A stretch of 42,276 bases of DNA. Source: Crocinitomicaceae bacterium. Its GTDB lineage: Bacteria; Bacteroidota; Bacteroidia; Flavobacteriales_D; Crocinitomicaceae. The stretch lies in the NCBI GenBank assembly GCA_044346375.1, contig JBIIZI010000001.1:1-42276 (forward strand), given 5' to 3'. Below are positions 15,717-25,179 of the stretch, piece by piece. Numbering within the stretch: position 1 is the first letter of the stretch; each line of letters opens with the position of its first letter. The notes under the pieces are model-generated. The model was not told where the DNA came from and made no database searches. It saw only the letters and a list, made by a program, of their open reading frames with translations. Made by a program: the position numbers and the translations under genes.

Positions 15717-16880
15717 ATGAAAGCAATAATAGGCGTAGTTGGCGCAGGCACAATGGGTGCAGGCATTGCACAAGTTGCTGCACAAGCTGGCCACAGCGTT
15801 GTGCTCACCGATACCAATCCGGACCAATTGCAACGGGCAGAACAACAAATTGTACGCAGCCTGGATAAATTGGTCGAAAAAGGAAAGTTTTCCTTTGAGC
15901 AAGCAGAAGCAATCAAAGCAAGCTTGACATACTCTACACAACTCAGCGACCATAGTGCCGCAACATTGGTCATTGAAGCCATAATAGAAAAGCTTGAAGT
16001 CAAGCACCAATTGTTTGAGCAACTCGAGCAAACCGTTGGGGCCAATTGCATTTTAGCGAGCAATACATCTTCGCTTTCAATTGCCTCCATTGGCGCATGT
16101 TTAAAAGACGCAAGTCGGTTTTTAGGCATTCATTTTTTCAATCCGGCTACACTCATGCCACTCGTAGAAGTGATCCCTGGTGTTGCAACCGCCTCTGAAC
16201 ATACAGCGCATATTGAAGCGCTCATCACGAGCTGGAACAAAACAGTCGTTGTTTGTAAAGACACACCCGGTTTTATTGTCAATAGAGTTGCACGGCCTTT
16301 CTACGGTGAAGCACTGCGCATTTACGAAGAAGGTTTGGCTGACTTCGCAACTATCGACTGGGCCATGACCGAAATTGGTGGCTTTAAAATGGGCCCCTTC
16401 ACACTCATGGACTACATCGGCAACGACATCAACTACACCGTGACCGAAACCGTTTTTGCAGCATTTTATTACGACCCGCGCTTCAAGCCGTCTTTTACCC
16501 AAAAAAGACATATGGAGGCGGGCTTTTTAGGCCGAAAAACCAATCGTGGGTTTTATGAATACAAAGAAGGTGTCAGCCTTCCTACTCCAACCAAAGACCC
16601 AGTATTAGGGCAACTGATTTTTGAGCGCATTTTGGTACTTTTGATCAATGAAGCAGCCGACGCGGTTTTCATGCAAGTGGCCAGCCCCAATGCAGTTGAC
16701 CTCGCCATGACCAAAGGCGTGAACTACCCGAAAGGCTTATTGGCTTGGGCAGACGAACTCGGTGCTGCGTGGGTACTCGACAAACTAGAAACCTTATTTT
16801 CGGAATACGGCGAAGACCGCTACCGACCAAATCCTTTACTGCGTAGAAAAGTACGTGAGCAAAGCAAATTTATTTTGTAA
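15717..16880 (+). CDS. 3-hydroxyacyl-CoA (3-hydroxybutyryl-CoA) dehydrogenase
   Basis: Rossmann motif IGVVGAGTMGAGIA, NTSSLSI, HFFNP and the C-terminal dimerisation domain of the 3HCDH family. Confidence 0.85.
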   Translation: MKAIIGVVGAGTMGAGIAQVAAQAGHSVVLTDTNPDQLQRAEQQIVRSLDKLVEKGKFSFEQAEAIKASLTYSTQLSDHSAATLVIEAIIEKLEVKHQLFEQLEQTVGANCILASNTSSLSIASIGACLKDASRFLGIHFFNPATLMPLVEVIPGVATASEHTAHIEALITSWNKTVVVCKDTPGFIVNRVARPFYGEALRIYEEGLADFATIDWAMTEIGGFKMGPFTLMDYIGNDINYTVTETVFAAFYYDPRFKPSFTQKRHMEAGFLGRKTNRGFYEYKEGVSLPTPTKDPVLGQLIFERILVLLINEAADAVFMQVASPNAVDLAMTKGVNYPKGLLAWADELGAAWVLDKLETLFSEYGEDRYRPNPLLRRKVREQSKFIL

Positions 16881-16905
16881 CTTTGCGACCTAATAATTGA
16901 AGCTA

Positions 16906-18162
16906 ATGGCATATCTATTTACATCCGAGTCCGTTTCAGAAGGGCACCCAGATAAAGTATCTGACCAAATTTCAGATGCACTCATCGATAACTTTATGGC
17001 TTTTGACCCGAGTTCAAAAGTAGCTTGTGAAACCCTCGTTACCACCGGCCAGGTTGTATTAGCAGGTGAAGTGAAGTCTACAGTTTACCTCGACGTTCAA
17101 AAAATTGCCCGCGAAACCATCCGTAAAATTGGTTACACGAAGTCGGAATACATGTTTGATGCCAATTCTTGTGGTATCCTATCTGCTATTCACGAACAGT
17201 CTTCGGACATCAATCAAGGTGTAGAGCGCAGCAATCCTGAAGATCAAGGTGCGGGCGACCAAGGAATGATGTTTGGTTACGCAACCAAAGAAACCGACAA
17301 CTACATGCCTTTGGCCCTAGACCTCGCTCATAAAATTCTAGAAGAAATGTCCGCGATTCGCAACAACGAAGCAGCATTAATTCCTTATTTGCGCCCAGAT
17401 GCCAAGTCTCAAGTAACCATCGAATACTCCGACGACAACATTCCACAGCGCATCGACACCATTGTAGTTTCTACCCAACACGACGACTTCGCTCCAGAAG
17501 CAGAAATGTTGGCCAAAATCAAAAAAGACATCATTGAAATCGTGATTCCACGCGTCAAAGCGAAACTCACCCCAGAATTACAAGCGCTTTTCAATGACGC
17601 CATTACCTACCATATCAACCCAACAGGCAAGTTTGTCATCGGTGGCCCACATGGAGACACCGGCCTCACTGGTCGCAAAATCATCGTCGATACTTACGGA
17701 GGTAAGGGTGCTCACGGTGGTGGTGCTTTCTCTGGAAAAGATCCATCTAAAGTGGACCGCTCTGCTGCCTATGCAACGCGTCATATCGCTAAAAACATGG
17801 TTGCTGCCGGTCTTTGCGACGAAGTACTTGTCCAAGTATCCTATGCAATTGGTGTTGCTGAACCATGTGGTTTGTATATCAATACCTACGGTACCTCTAA
17901 AGTGTCAATGACCGATGGTGAAATGGCTACAAAAATTGGCGAAATCTTCGATATGCGTCCTTACTTTATCGAGCAGCGTCTTAAATTGCGCAATCCTATT
18001 TACCAAGAAACAGCTGCTTATGGCCACATGGGTCGCAAGAATGAAGTTGTCACCAAACACTTTACAGCACCTGATGGTACAAAAGTAAGCCGTGAGGTAG
18101 AACTCTTCACTTGGGAAAAACTCGATTACGTAGATCAAGTCAAAACGGCTTTCGGCCTTTAA
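16906..18162 (+). CDS. metK: S-adenosylmethionine synthetase
   Basis: [27 protein letters not shown] and [16 protein letters not shown] signatures. The ATG at 16906 is preferred over the TTG at 16897. Confidence 0.95.
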   Translation: MAYLFTSESVSEGHPDKVSDQISDALIDNFMAFDPSSKVACETLVTTGQVVLAGEVKSTVYLDVQKIARETIRKIGYTKSEYMFDANSCGILSAIHEQSSDINQGVERSNPEDQGAGDQGMMFGYATKETDNYMPLALDLAHKILEEMSAIRNNEAALIPYLRPDAKSQVTIEYSDDNIPQRIDTIVVSTQHDDFAPEAEMLAKIKKDIIEIVIPRVKAKLTPELQALFNDAITYHINPTGKFVIGGPHGDTGLTGRKIIVDTYGGKGAHGGGAFSGKDPSKVDRSAAYATRHIAKNMVAAGLCDEVLVQVSYAIGVAEPCGLYINTYGTSKVSMTDGEMATKIGEIFDMRPYFIEQRLKLRNPIYQETAAYGHMGRKNEVVTKHFTAPDGTKVSREVELFTWEKLDYVDQVKTAFGL

Positions 18163-18172
18163 TCATAACAAG

Positions 18173-18200
18173 AAAGCCCGTGCAAACGGGCTTTTTTCAT
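18173..18200 (+). terminator. Rho-independent terminator after metK
   Basis: Perfect 8-bp stem aaagcccg / cgggcttt (18173-18180 and 18187-18194) with loop tgcaaa, running into a T6 tract (18192-18197). Confidence 0.75.
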
Positions 18201-18210
18201 TTTATACATT

Positions 18211-19299
18211 ATGTCAGCTACATTTAGAACCATCTGGACAACCGCCCAAAGAGATGTTGAGGTCATTGACCAACGCCAGCTGCCCCATGCTTATGTTGTG
18301 GTGCAATTGCTCACATACAAAGATGCCGATTTAGCGATCCGCAGCATGACCGTCCGGGGTGCACCACTTATCGGCGCTACAGCTGCCTACGGTATTTTTC
18401 TTGCAGTTCGAGAAATGATCAAAGAAGGACACGACGGAGCTTTCCTAGATGAAGCCTTCAGTACCTTAAGAGCGTCGCGCCCGACAGCCGTCAATTTATT
18501 TTGGGCCTTAGACCGCATGCGCACAGCACTAGACAATGCAACTGACTTTTTGGAAGCTGCCTGGACCGAAGCCGGACGAATTGTTGAAGAAGATATCGAA
18601 ACTTGCCGCATGATCGGCGTGCACGGCTTGCCACTGATTGAAGCCATCGCGACGCAAAAAAATGGTGAACCTGTACAGATCCTGACGCACTGCAATGCCG
18701 GAATGTTGGGCTGTATTGAATGGGGTACCATTACCTCCCCTATTTATCAGGCAGTTCAAAAAGGAATCAAGGTGCATGTTTGGGTAGACGAAACGCGCCC
18801 GCGCAACCAAGGAGCCAACCTTACCGCTTACGAACTGACGCGCCATGGTGTGCCACACACGCTTATTGTAGACAACACAGGCGGGCACCTCATGCAGCAC
18901 CAAATGGTAGACCTCGTTATTGTAGGCACCGACCGCACCACACGCAACGGCGATGTCGCCAACAAAATTGGCACTTATCTTAAAGCGTTAGCAGCAAAAG
19001 ACAACAACATTCCGTTTTATGTCGCGCTCCCTTCCACTACCCTAGACATGACCATCAAAGATGGACTCAAGGAAATTCCAATTGAAGAACGCGATCAAAA
19101 TGAAGTCAAGTACGTCATCGGAAAATCAGCTGCTGGCAACATAGAACCTGTCCTAATTTGCCCAGAAACCACACCTGCAGCCAACTACGGCTTTGACGTA
19201 ACCCCTGCGCGTTTGGTGAGCGGCCTCATCACAGAACGAGGTATTTGCGCTGCATCTGAAGTAGGGATTCTAAGCTTATTCCCTGAATATAAATCTTGA
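18211..19299 (+). CDS. mtnA: S-methyl-5-thioribose-1-phosphate isomerase
   Basis: eIF-2B alpha/beta/delta family blocks RGAPLIGATAAYG, THCNAG and GTDRTTRNGDVANKIGTY. Confidence 0.9.
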   Translation: MSATFRTIWTTAQRDVEVIDQRQLPHAYVVVQLLTYKDADLAIRSMTVRGAPLIGATAAYGIFLAVREMIKEGHDGAFLDEAFSTLRASRPTAVNLFWALDRMRTALDNATDFLEAAWTEAGRIVEEDIETCRMIGVHGLPLIEAIATQKNGEPVQILTHCNAGMLGCIEWGTITSPIYQAVQKGIKVHVWVDETRPRNQGANLTAYELTRHGVPHTLIVDNTGGHLMQHQMVDLVIVGTDRTTRNGDVANKIGTYLKALAAKDNNIPFYVALPSTTLDMTIKDGLKEIPIEERDQNEVKYVIGKSAAGNIEPVLICPETTPAANYGFDVTPARLVSGLITERGICAASEVGILSLFPEYKS

Positions 19300-19325
19300 T
19301 TTGTTGATTTATTAATTTGTTGATT
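19299..19325 (+). repeat. 11-nt exact direct repeat ATTTGTTGATT, two copies 16 nt apart
   Basis: Copies at 19299-19309 and 19315-19325, in the 45-54 nt gap between the mtnA stop and the next gene. Confidence 0.5.
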
Positions 19326-19353
19326 CAATTTCTTACAACCTAATTTGAAAAAA

Positions 19354-20748
19354 ATGAAGCTGAACTACCTTGTCTTATTATTCATCCTTCCATTTATTGA
19401 ATCAACTTATTACGCACAAATACACGGTACTTGGCACAGTAATTTTCAGGTAGCTGGTAAATCGTTTTTGATGGACTTGCAAATAGAAGGTGTAGGACGC
19501 GATGGCTCAGTTGTGGTCTCCTTCCCGGATCAGCCGCAATTGAAGCCGCAAACTATGGAAGACTACGCGTTGTTTAGCGACAGCCTTTGGTTCAATTGGA
19601 AGACTTTTGGACTCTCCTATAGCGCCCATTTACAAGGCGACTCGATAGTTGGCACTATGGCGCAATCAAGTCTAACCTGGAAGGCTGTGTTTTACAAAGA
19701 AGTGCAAACCATGAAAGAAGTGGCGGGCAAAATACAAGACCCCAAAGCGCCCTTTCCTTATTTAGAAAAAGAAATCGAGATTGCCACGGCTAAAAAAATC
19801 AAGATTTCTGGAAACCTCATCTTGCCTGAATTCGAGAAAGCGAGTGCCTTCCCACTCGTCATTATGGTATCGGGCTCAGGAGCCCAAGACCGCAATTGTG
19901 ACATTCTGGGCCACAAGCCATTTTGGGTATTGGCTGATCATTTAGGCAGAAACGGCATTGCTTCTTACCGTTACGACGACAGAGGCACAGGTAAATCAGG
20001 TGGCAAATTTGAAAGCGCTACACAAGTAGATTTCAGCAATGATTTGGTTTCGATTATTGCGTACTTCCATAAAGCATACCCAAAAGCAAAGATTTATATT
20101 TACGGGCATTCAGAAGGAGGCATGACCGCATTGCGTGCAGCAGTTCAAACGAAGGATATTGCAGGCATTATTGAAGCGGCTTCTGTAGGTACAAGTGGCG
20201 CAAAAGTGCTCATTGACCAACAATACCTCATCCCAGAAGCAATGGGTTTTTCTCGTGAAGAATGCCTTTGGAACCAACGTTTGTATCAGAAAGGTGCTGA
20301 AATCGCTTTGAATAGCAACAGTAGTACGTTTACCAAGGCCTATAAAGAATGGTTGACGCAAGTATGGGATAGCATTCCTGCCAAACTTCTCGATGGCGCG
20401 AGCCAAGAAGAATTACAAACCCAAATGAACGCCTTTTTCAACAACGATTGGGCACGCCAATTTTTGGCTTTTGAAAGTAAAACGTATCTCGCGCAATTGA
20501 ACCTGCCATTTTTAGTCATCAACGGATCGAAAGACGTTCAAGTACCTGCGCTTGTGAATCAAAAAGGATTCAAAACAGGAATGACGCCAGCGTCCTTGGA
20601 CAAAAGTGCATTTTACGTTTTAAAGGGTGCCAATCATTTGTTTCAGCAATGCAAGGAATGCAACCTCAGTGAATACGCTACCCTTGAGCAAACGCTAGAC
20701 CCAAAAATAATGTCTTGGATTAGATCATGGATTTTGGCACAGCCGTAA
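19354..20748 (+). CDS. secreted alpha/beta hydrolase (S9/S33-like serine hydrolase) with an N-terminal beta-rich domain
   Basis: Signal peptide. Nucleophile elbow GHSEGG, an Asp region INGSKDVQV and a His region GANHLF. The start is the ATG at 19354 or the TTG at 19345. Confidence 0.75.
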   Translation: MKLNYLVLLFILPFIESTYYAQIHGTWHSNFQVAGKSFLMDLQIEGVGRDGSVVVSFPDQPQLKPQTMEDYALFSDSLWFNWKTFGLSYSAHLQGDSIVGTMAQSSLTWKAVFYKEVQTMKEVAGKIQDPKAPFPYLEKEIEIATAKKIKISGNLILPEFEKASAFPLVIMVSGSGAQDRNCDILGHKPFWVLADHLGRNGIASYRYDDRGTGKSGGKFESATQVDFSNDLVSIIAYFHKAYPKAKIYIYGHSEGGMTALRAAVQTKDIAGIIEAASVGTSGAKVLIDQQYLIPEAMGFSREECLWNQRLYQKGAEIALNSNSSTFTKAYKEWLTQVWDSIPAKLLDGASQEELQTQMNAFFNNDWARQFLAFESKTYLAQLNLPFLVINGSKDVQVPALVNQKGFKTGMTPASLDKSAFYVLKGANHLFQQCKECNLSEYATLEQTLDPKIMSWIRSWILAQP

Positions 20749-21667
20749 GGCCATCGATATAACCAAAATTCTTTTCGACGATCTGCGACATGTTTTCCTG
20801 TAGATAATTTTTGAAAGCCTCAGCCGCGCCATTGTGTTTCTTTCCTTTTGGCCAGACCATTCGCCAAGTAGACTCAAGCGGTAAGTCTGGCAAGGCTGAA
20901 ACGGTGAGTTGGCCCAGTGTGAGTTCATTTCGGATGCCAATCAGCGGCATGACAGAATAACCTAAACCTGCAATGAGGGCTTGTTTGACAGCCTCGTTAG
21001 AAGTAAGTTCGATATGACGGCGCACCTGAATTTGATGGCTTGCTAGGTATTCGTCGTGAGCTTTACGCGTTGCTGATCCTGTTTCTCTTTTGACCCAGGT
21101 GACATCTTCGAGGATTGTTTTCCAATCGCTCTTTGCATCTACTTTTAACGGTTCTTTACCCACCAAATACAATTGGTTTTTCATGCAAGGTATTTCTTCC
21201 AAATTGAGGCGGTCTGGCAACACCGAAACCAATGAAAAATCGGTCTCGTTGCGTTCTAAATTGAGGGTCACATTGGCGCGATTAGACACATCTAGTACGA
21301 GCTCTACGCCAGGATGCGCCTTCATGAAATCTGCAAGTAAATAAGGGATGATGTATTTACCGGTCGAGACGACACTAATGCGGAGCCGTCCGCTGAGCTG
21401 ACCTTTGTATTGGGCAGTTTTGTAATTGATGGCATAGACTTCTTCTAGTATCTTTTCAGCTGCGATAGCAACTTCTCTACCAAAATCGGTCACGTATAGC
21501 TTTTTGTTGACGATTTCCGTCAGTGGGATATCAAACTGATCTTGAAAATTTTTGAGCTGAATAGAAACAGCAGGCTGTGTTAGAAATAAGGCTTCTGCAG
21601 CTCGTGTAATGCTTTCTTTTTGAACAATCTTTAAGAAGATGCGGAGTTGATTGAGGGTGTAGTTCAT
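20720..21667 (-). CDS. LysR family transcriptional regulator
   Basis: N-terminal HTH LNQLRIFLKIVQKESITRAAEALFLTQPAVSIQLKNFQ plus a LysR substrate-binding domain. It is divergent from the 21751-23798 gene set. Confidence 0.9.
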   Translation of the reverse strand: MNYTLNQLRIFLKIVQKESITRAAEALFLTQPAVSIQLKNFQDQFDIPLTEIVNKKLYVTDFGREVAIAAEKILEEVYAINYKTAQYKGQLSGRLRISVVSTGKYIIPYLLADFMKAHPGVELVLDVSNRANVTLNLERNETDFSLVSVLPDRLNLEEIPCMKNQLYLVGKEPLKVDAKSDWKTILEDVTWVKRETGSATRKAHDEYLASHQIQVRRHIELTSNEAVKQALIAGLGYSVMPLIGIRNELTLGQLTVSALPDLPLESTWRMVWPKGKKHNGAAEAFKNYLQENMSQIVEKNFGYIDGLTAVPKSMI

Positions 21668-21701
21668 AACATTTATTTATGTTTGATATATCTTTATTAT
21701 A

Positions 21702-21719
21702 TATTTGTTTATGCAAATA
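21702..21719. promoter_or_regulatory. candidate LysR operator dyad TATTTG-N6-CAAATA; overlaps a TATATTTG -7 box (21700-21707)
   Basis: Perfect 6-nt inverted repeat in the 83-nt divergent intergenic region. The region is AT-rich, so a chance occurrence is possible. Confidence 0.25.
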
Positions 21720-21750
21720 ATGTGCCAAATTTGCAAAAAATATCAATTCT

Positions 21751-22026
21751 ATGTTACAAGAAATTGAATTAATTCAAAGTAATTATTTTCCTGAAGAGGC
21801 TATGGAGGTGTTGGGCAATCTCATTCAGCAGAAAATTGCTTATCACACACAGAAAACACTCAGACATCAAGAAATGTTTGGTGCGCCAGATACACAAGCT
21901 GAAATCCGCCTCGTCGAACTTCAAAAAATAAAAAAAAGTTTAATCGAAGACCTCAAGCAACTTGACCCCAAGACCGTTTTGCATATCAATGGACATGTAT
22001 CCCTCACCGTTGTTGTTGAGCAGTAA
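21751..22026 (+). CDS. hypothetical small protein (91 aa, predicted mostly helical)
   Basis: ATG-initiated ORF and the first gene divergent from the LysR gene. Its 3' end overlaps the next gene by about 38 nt. I recognised no motif. Confidence 0.4.
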   Translation: MLQEIELIQSNYFPEEAMEVLGNLIQQKIAYHTQKTLRHQEMFGAPDTQAEIRLVELQKIKKSLIEDLKQLDPKTVLHINGHVSLTVVVEQ

Positions 22027-22807
22027 GCATCAAAAAGAAGGTCTCATACAACCTGTTTTCGGACCATTTGGCCTAAGTCTTTTCGTTAATGAAGGATTTG
22101 ACACAGATGCCTATGGTACTTTTTGCGGGTCCATTCCTAGAACAGAAGGCCCAAAGCTAACGGTTAAAGAAAAGTGCTTGGCTGGTATGGGCTTCGCCGG
22201 AAAACGCCAAGGTTTAGCTAGTGAAGGATCTTTTGGACCGCACCCGAGCATTCCGTTTCTTACCATCAATGAAGAATGGCTGGTTTATATCGACCTTGAT
22301 CGCAACCTTGAAATTTATGGGCGCAGTACAACCTTAGAAGTATGCCATGCACAACTCAGTTGTCAGGACGCGGATCAACTGCCAATATTCTTGGCTAATT
22401 GTTCATTCGGACCACAAGGATTGGTGTTTAAGAATACGACAAATGCTCAAGTCATTGCAAAGGGAGTTCAGGACCGAACACAATTGGAGCAACTCATGCA
22501 GCAGTTTCCAAAATGGGAAATCGAAACAGATTTACGTGCACACATGAATCCGCTGCGTCAGAAGAATATAATTGCTGCCGCTAAAGATTTGACAGAGCGG
22601 ATGCATAGGTACTGCCCTCAATGTGCACAGCCCGATTTTTCGGTTCAAAAAGTCAGTGGCAACCTGCTATGCGAAGCATGCTTGCAAAAGGCCAATACAT
22701 ACCAATATTTGGAGTATGCCTGTATGCACTGCCACTATGAACATATGGAGCAAAGAAAAGACAAAATTTACGAGGACCCGCAATATTGCAACCATTGTAA
22801 TCCATAA
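21989..22807 (+). CDS. DUF6671-like protein with a C-terminal double zinc ribbon
   Basis: LLLSSKHQKEGLIQP, FDTDAYGTFCG and ASEGSFGPHPSIPF blocks, which I associate from memory with DUF6671. The C-terminus has four CxxC pairs (CPQC, CEAC, CMHC, CNHC). The start is the ATG at 21989 or 21995, rather than the TTG at 21962. Confidence 0.55.
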   Translation: MDMYPSPLLLSSKHQKEGLIQPVFGPFGLSLFVNEGFDTDAYGTFCGSIPRTEGPKLTVKEKCLAGMGFAGKRQGLASEGSFGPHPSIPFLTINEEWLVYIDLDRNLEIYGRSTTLEVCHAQLSCQDADQLPIFLANCSFGPQGLVFKNTTNAQVIAKGVQDRTQLEQLMQQFPKWEIETDLRAHMNPLRQKNIIAAAKDLTERMHRYCPQCAQPDFSVQKVSGNLLCEACLQKANTYQYLEYACMHCHYEHMEQRKDKIYEDPQYCNHCNP

Positions 22808-22838
22808 AATTTCAAATCAAATTCAAATCAAATAACGA

Positions 22839-23798
22839 ATGAATCTAGACTTTTTATCACATGATTTAAGCAATCCTACAATCCTATTTTTTCTACTGGG
22901 TATCATTGCTGTTGTCATCAAAAGCGATTTGGAAATTCCTGAATCGTCTTTCAAATTCATTTCACTTTATTTGCTTTTTTCGATCGGTTTTAGAGGGGGA
23001 CAAGAATTACAACATAGTGCCTTTACTTCAGAAATCTTTTGGTCACTGCTTTTCGGAATGGCCATTGCAGCGTGTATTCCGCTTTATAGTTTCTTTATCA
23101 TCCGCAAACGCGTGGGCGTATCTAATGCCGCCGCAATTGCAGCTGCTTATGGTTCGGTTAGTGCCGTTACATTTGTAGCAGCGCTATCGTTTCTAGAACT
23201 GCAAAACTTGGCCTTCAATGGCCATATGGTTGCAGTAATGGCGTTTATGGAGTTTCCAGCAATTATTGTAGGCGTTTTGCTTTTGCGCATCTATGAAAGC
23301 AACGACAACAAATTCTCCCTGCCCGAACTTCTGAGACATTCCTTGGCGAATGGAAGTGTACTCATGATCATGGGGAGTTTAGTGATTGGCTTGCTTTCAG
23401 ATAGCAAACAAGCCGCGGATATTGCACCATTTACAACCGATATTTTCAAAGGATTTTTAGCGCTCTTTTTATTGGAAATGGGCATGACCACAGCGCGGCG
23501 CATTAAGTCATTTAGAACCCATGGTTGGGCAATGGCTGCTTTCGCACTTTTATTGCCTGCATTCAATGGTGTAGTGGTAGCTTGGTTGTCACAATTTGTC
23601 ACGACGGATATTGCCAACCGCTTTATATTCGCTGTTCTAGCAGCAAGTGCCTCTTATATTGCAGTACCCGCTGCTATGCGTTTAGCCGCACCGAAAGCAG
23701 ATCCTGGGCTTTATATTCCGATGGCGCTAGGGCTCACTTTTCCTTTCAATATTGCTATAGGAATGCCGCTTTATTATAGTGTTATCTCACTAAGTTAG
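22839..23798 (+). CDS. SbtA-like permease (sodium-dependent bicarbonate transport family, DUF897/Sbt_1)
   Basis: 319-aa polytopic membrane protein. The N-terminus NPTILFFLLGIIAVVIKSDLEIPE...SLYLLFSIGFRGGQEL is characteristic of the family. Confidence 0.65.
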   Translation: MNLDFLSHDLSNPTILFFLLGIIAVVIKSDLEIPESSFKFISLYLLFSIGFRGGQELQHSAFTSEIFWSLLFGMAIAACIPLYSFFIIRKRVGVSNAAAIAAAYGSVSAVTFVAALSFLELQNLAFNGHMVAVMAFMEFPAIIVGVLLLRIYESNDNKFSLPELLRHSLANGSVLMIMGSLVIGLLSDSKQAADIAPFTTDIFKGFLALFLLEMGMTTARRIKSFRTHGWAMAAFALLLPAFNGVVVAWLSQFVTTDIANRFIFAVLAASASYIAVPAAMRLAAPKADPGLYIPMALGLTFPFNIAIGMPLYYSVISLS

Positions 23799-25179
23799 CC
23801 TGAAGAAATTCCCACTTGAGCCAAAGTTGTTCGCACTTGGCTTGATACTCCACCACTTTTAATGCGGCCTGAAAAGCGGCGCTTTCTCTCATGTTGACCA
23901 TAAAAAGGGAGCTTTCTCCTGCTTCAAACATATTGAGTTCTGCTGCCAATAACTTTTTGGTACTCACTGCATTTTCTGTGAAGATCATAAGTTGTTTGCG
24001 GGCATTGAGGTATTCTGCTCTTGTGGACAGCATTTTTGCGGTGAGTTCTGCACTGCGGTCTTGGCGCTCAAAGTTAGTTTGCTCGATTTTTAGTTTGGTT
24101 TGTTGTACAGTAGCACGCTCTTTTCTTAGAAACAGCGGCATTTGTGCACTCACACCCCATTTGTAATCATTGATAGAAAATTGGGCGAGTGGATTGTACT
24201 GTATTGGCTCGTTTAGAAAGTTGTATTTGAGTTCAATTTGTGGCTTCAGTTGCTCCTGATTGTAGCGCTTTTCTATGGCTAATACATCTAATTTGTAGGA
24301 TAAAATACCTAAATAAGGATGTTGCTGAACGAGGGTATCTACCGGACCTGCAAATACTAATTTGGGTTGTTGCATACTCAAGGTGTCTGCCTGTAAAGGC
24401 TGGGTTGCTGAACTGAGCTCAAGCGGTGTGCCATCTGCTTTCCAGAGGTAGCGATTTAGACCTGCGCTAGCTGCAGCAAACCTGGCTTCTTGATCGGCAA
24501 AGGCGGCTGCTCTGGTCTGATATTGAATTGCGGCTTCAACGGTGTCAATGTAAGGGCGGTCTCCGAGTTCCGCCATGCGTTGCATGGCTCTCAGACGCAC
24601 AGCGCCAACTTCCAATGCCTCTTTGAGAATTTGGCCCGCATAATATTGCAAATACCAATCCCAATAGGCATAACCAGCCTCCATAACCAACTCATTGAGG
24701 GCCAAACGCTGTTCAAGCTGACTGCTCTTTAGGTACACATTTGCTTTTTGCAACTCTGCTCTGCGCTCATCGATGAGCAAACCATTTCCGAGATTGGCGC
24801 TGAGCCCGCCGTACCACAAACCATTTTGAGGTGTAAGCCCTTGTGGATCTAGATAAGTGCCGCGGTTTTGTTCGATACCCGTTTGTACACTTAAGCCATA
24901 CCAAGTAGGTACTTTCAGCTGGGCATCAGACAAGCTGTAGTACATTTTATTGCCGTAGTATTTTTGGGCGAGGTCGTAATTCAATTTGGGATCAAAACCA
25001 CCACGGGCTTTCAGTACATATGTTTCTGCAAACTCAGGAATGAGTTTGGCTTGCTTGGCCAATGGGTGACCTTCGAGCACCTGCAGCATGAATGCCTCCG
25101 GGCGCAGTACAGCAATTTGCGACCAATTGGTAAAAGAGCATAACAATAAAATGAAAAGTGCAGCGTGCTTATTTGTCAT
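23782..25179 (-). CDS. TolC family outer-membrane efflux/secretion channel
   Basis: Signal peptide MTNKHAALFILLLCSFTNWSQ and two OEP-type repeats with long helical segments. The ATG at 25179 overlaps the HlyD stop. Confidence 0.8.
   Translation of the reverse strand: MTNKHAALFILLLCSFTNWSQIAVLRPEAFMLQVLEGHPLAKQAKLIPEFAETYVLKARGGFDPKLNYDLAQKYYGNKMYYSLSDAQLKVPTWYGLSVQTGIEQNRGTYLDPQGLTPQNGLWYGGLSANLGNGLLIDERRAELQKANVYLKSSQLEQRLALNELVMEAGYAYWDWYLQYYAGQILKEALEVGAVRLRAMQRMAELGDRPYIDTVEAAIQYQTRAAAFADQEARFAAASAGLNRYLWKADGTPLELSSATQPLQADTLSMQQPKLVFAGPVDTLVQQHPYLGILSYKLDVLAIEKRYNQEQLKPQIELKYNFLNEPIQYNPLAQFSINDYKWGVSAQMPLFLRKERATVQQTKLKIEQTNFERQDRSAELTAKMLSTRAEYLNARKQLMIFTENAVSTKKLLAAELNMFEAGESSLFMVNMRESAAFQAALKVVEYQAKCEQLWLKWEFLQANLVR

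Noticed and set aside
15680-16129. 149-aa and 109-aa minus-strand ORFs
   Set aside because: They are antisense to the well-supported 3-hydroxyacyl-CoA dehydrogenase gene, and their Cys/Ser-rich composition is implausible.
16881-16905. Possible SAM riboswitch upstream of metK
   Set aside because: Only 25 nt separate the upstream stop from the metK ATG. This is far too short for any SAM riboswitch class.
21962-21988. TTG start of the DUF6671-like ORF, and the possibility that the 91-aa ORF plus this ORF are one frameshifted gene
   Set aside because: The conserved-looking N-terminus (LLLSSKHQKE) begins right after the ATGs at 21989 and 21995. The 91-aa ORF is in a different frame with its own ATG and stop, and I see no homopolymer slip site. 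I therefore treat them as two overlapping genes, with low confidence for the small one.
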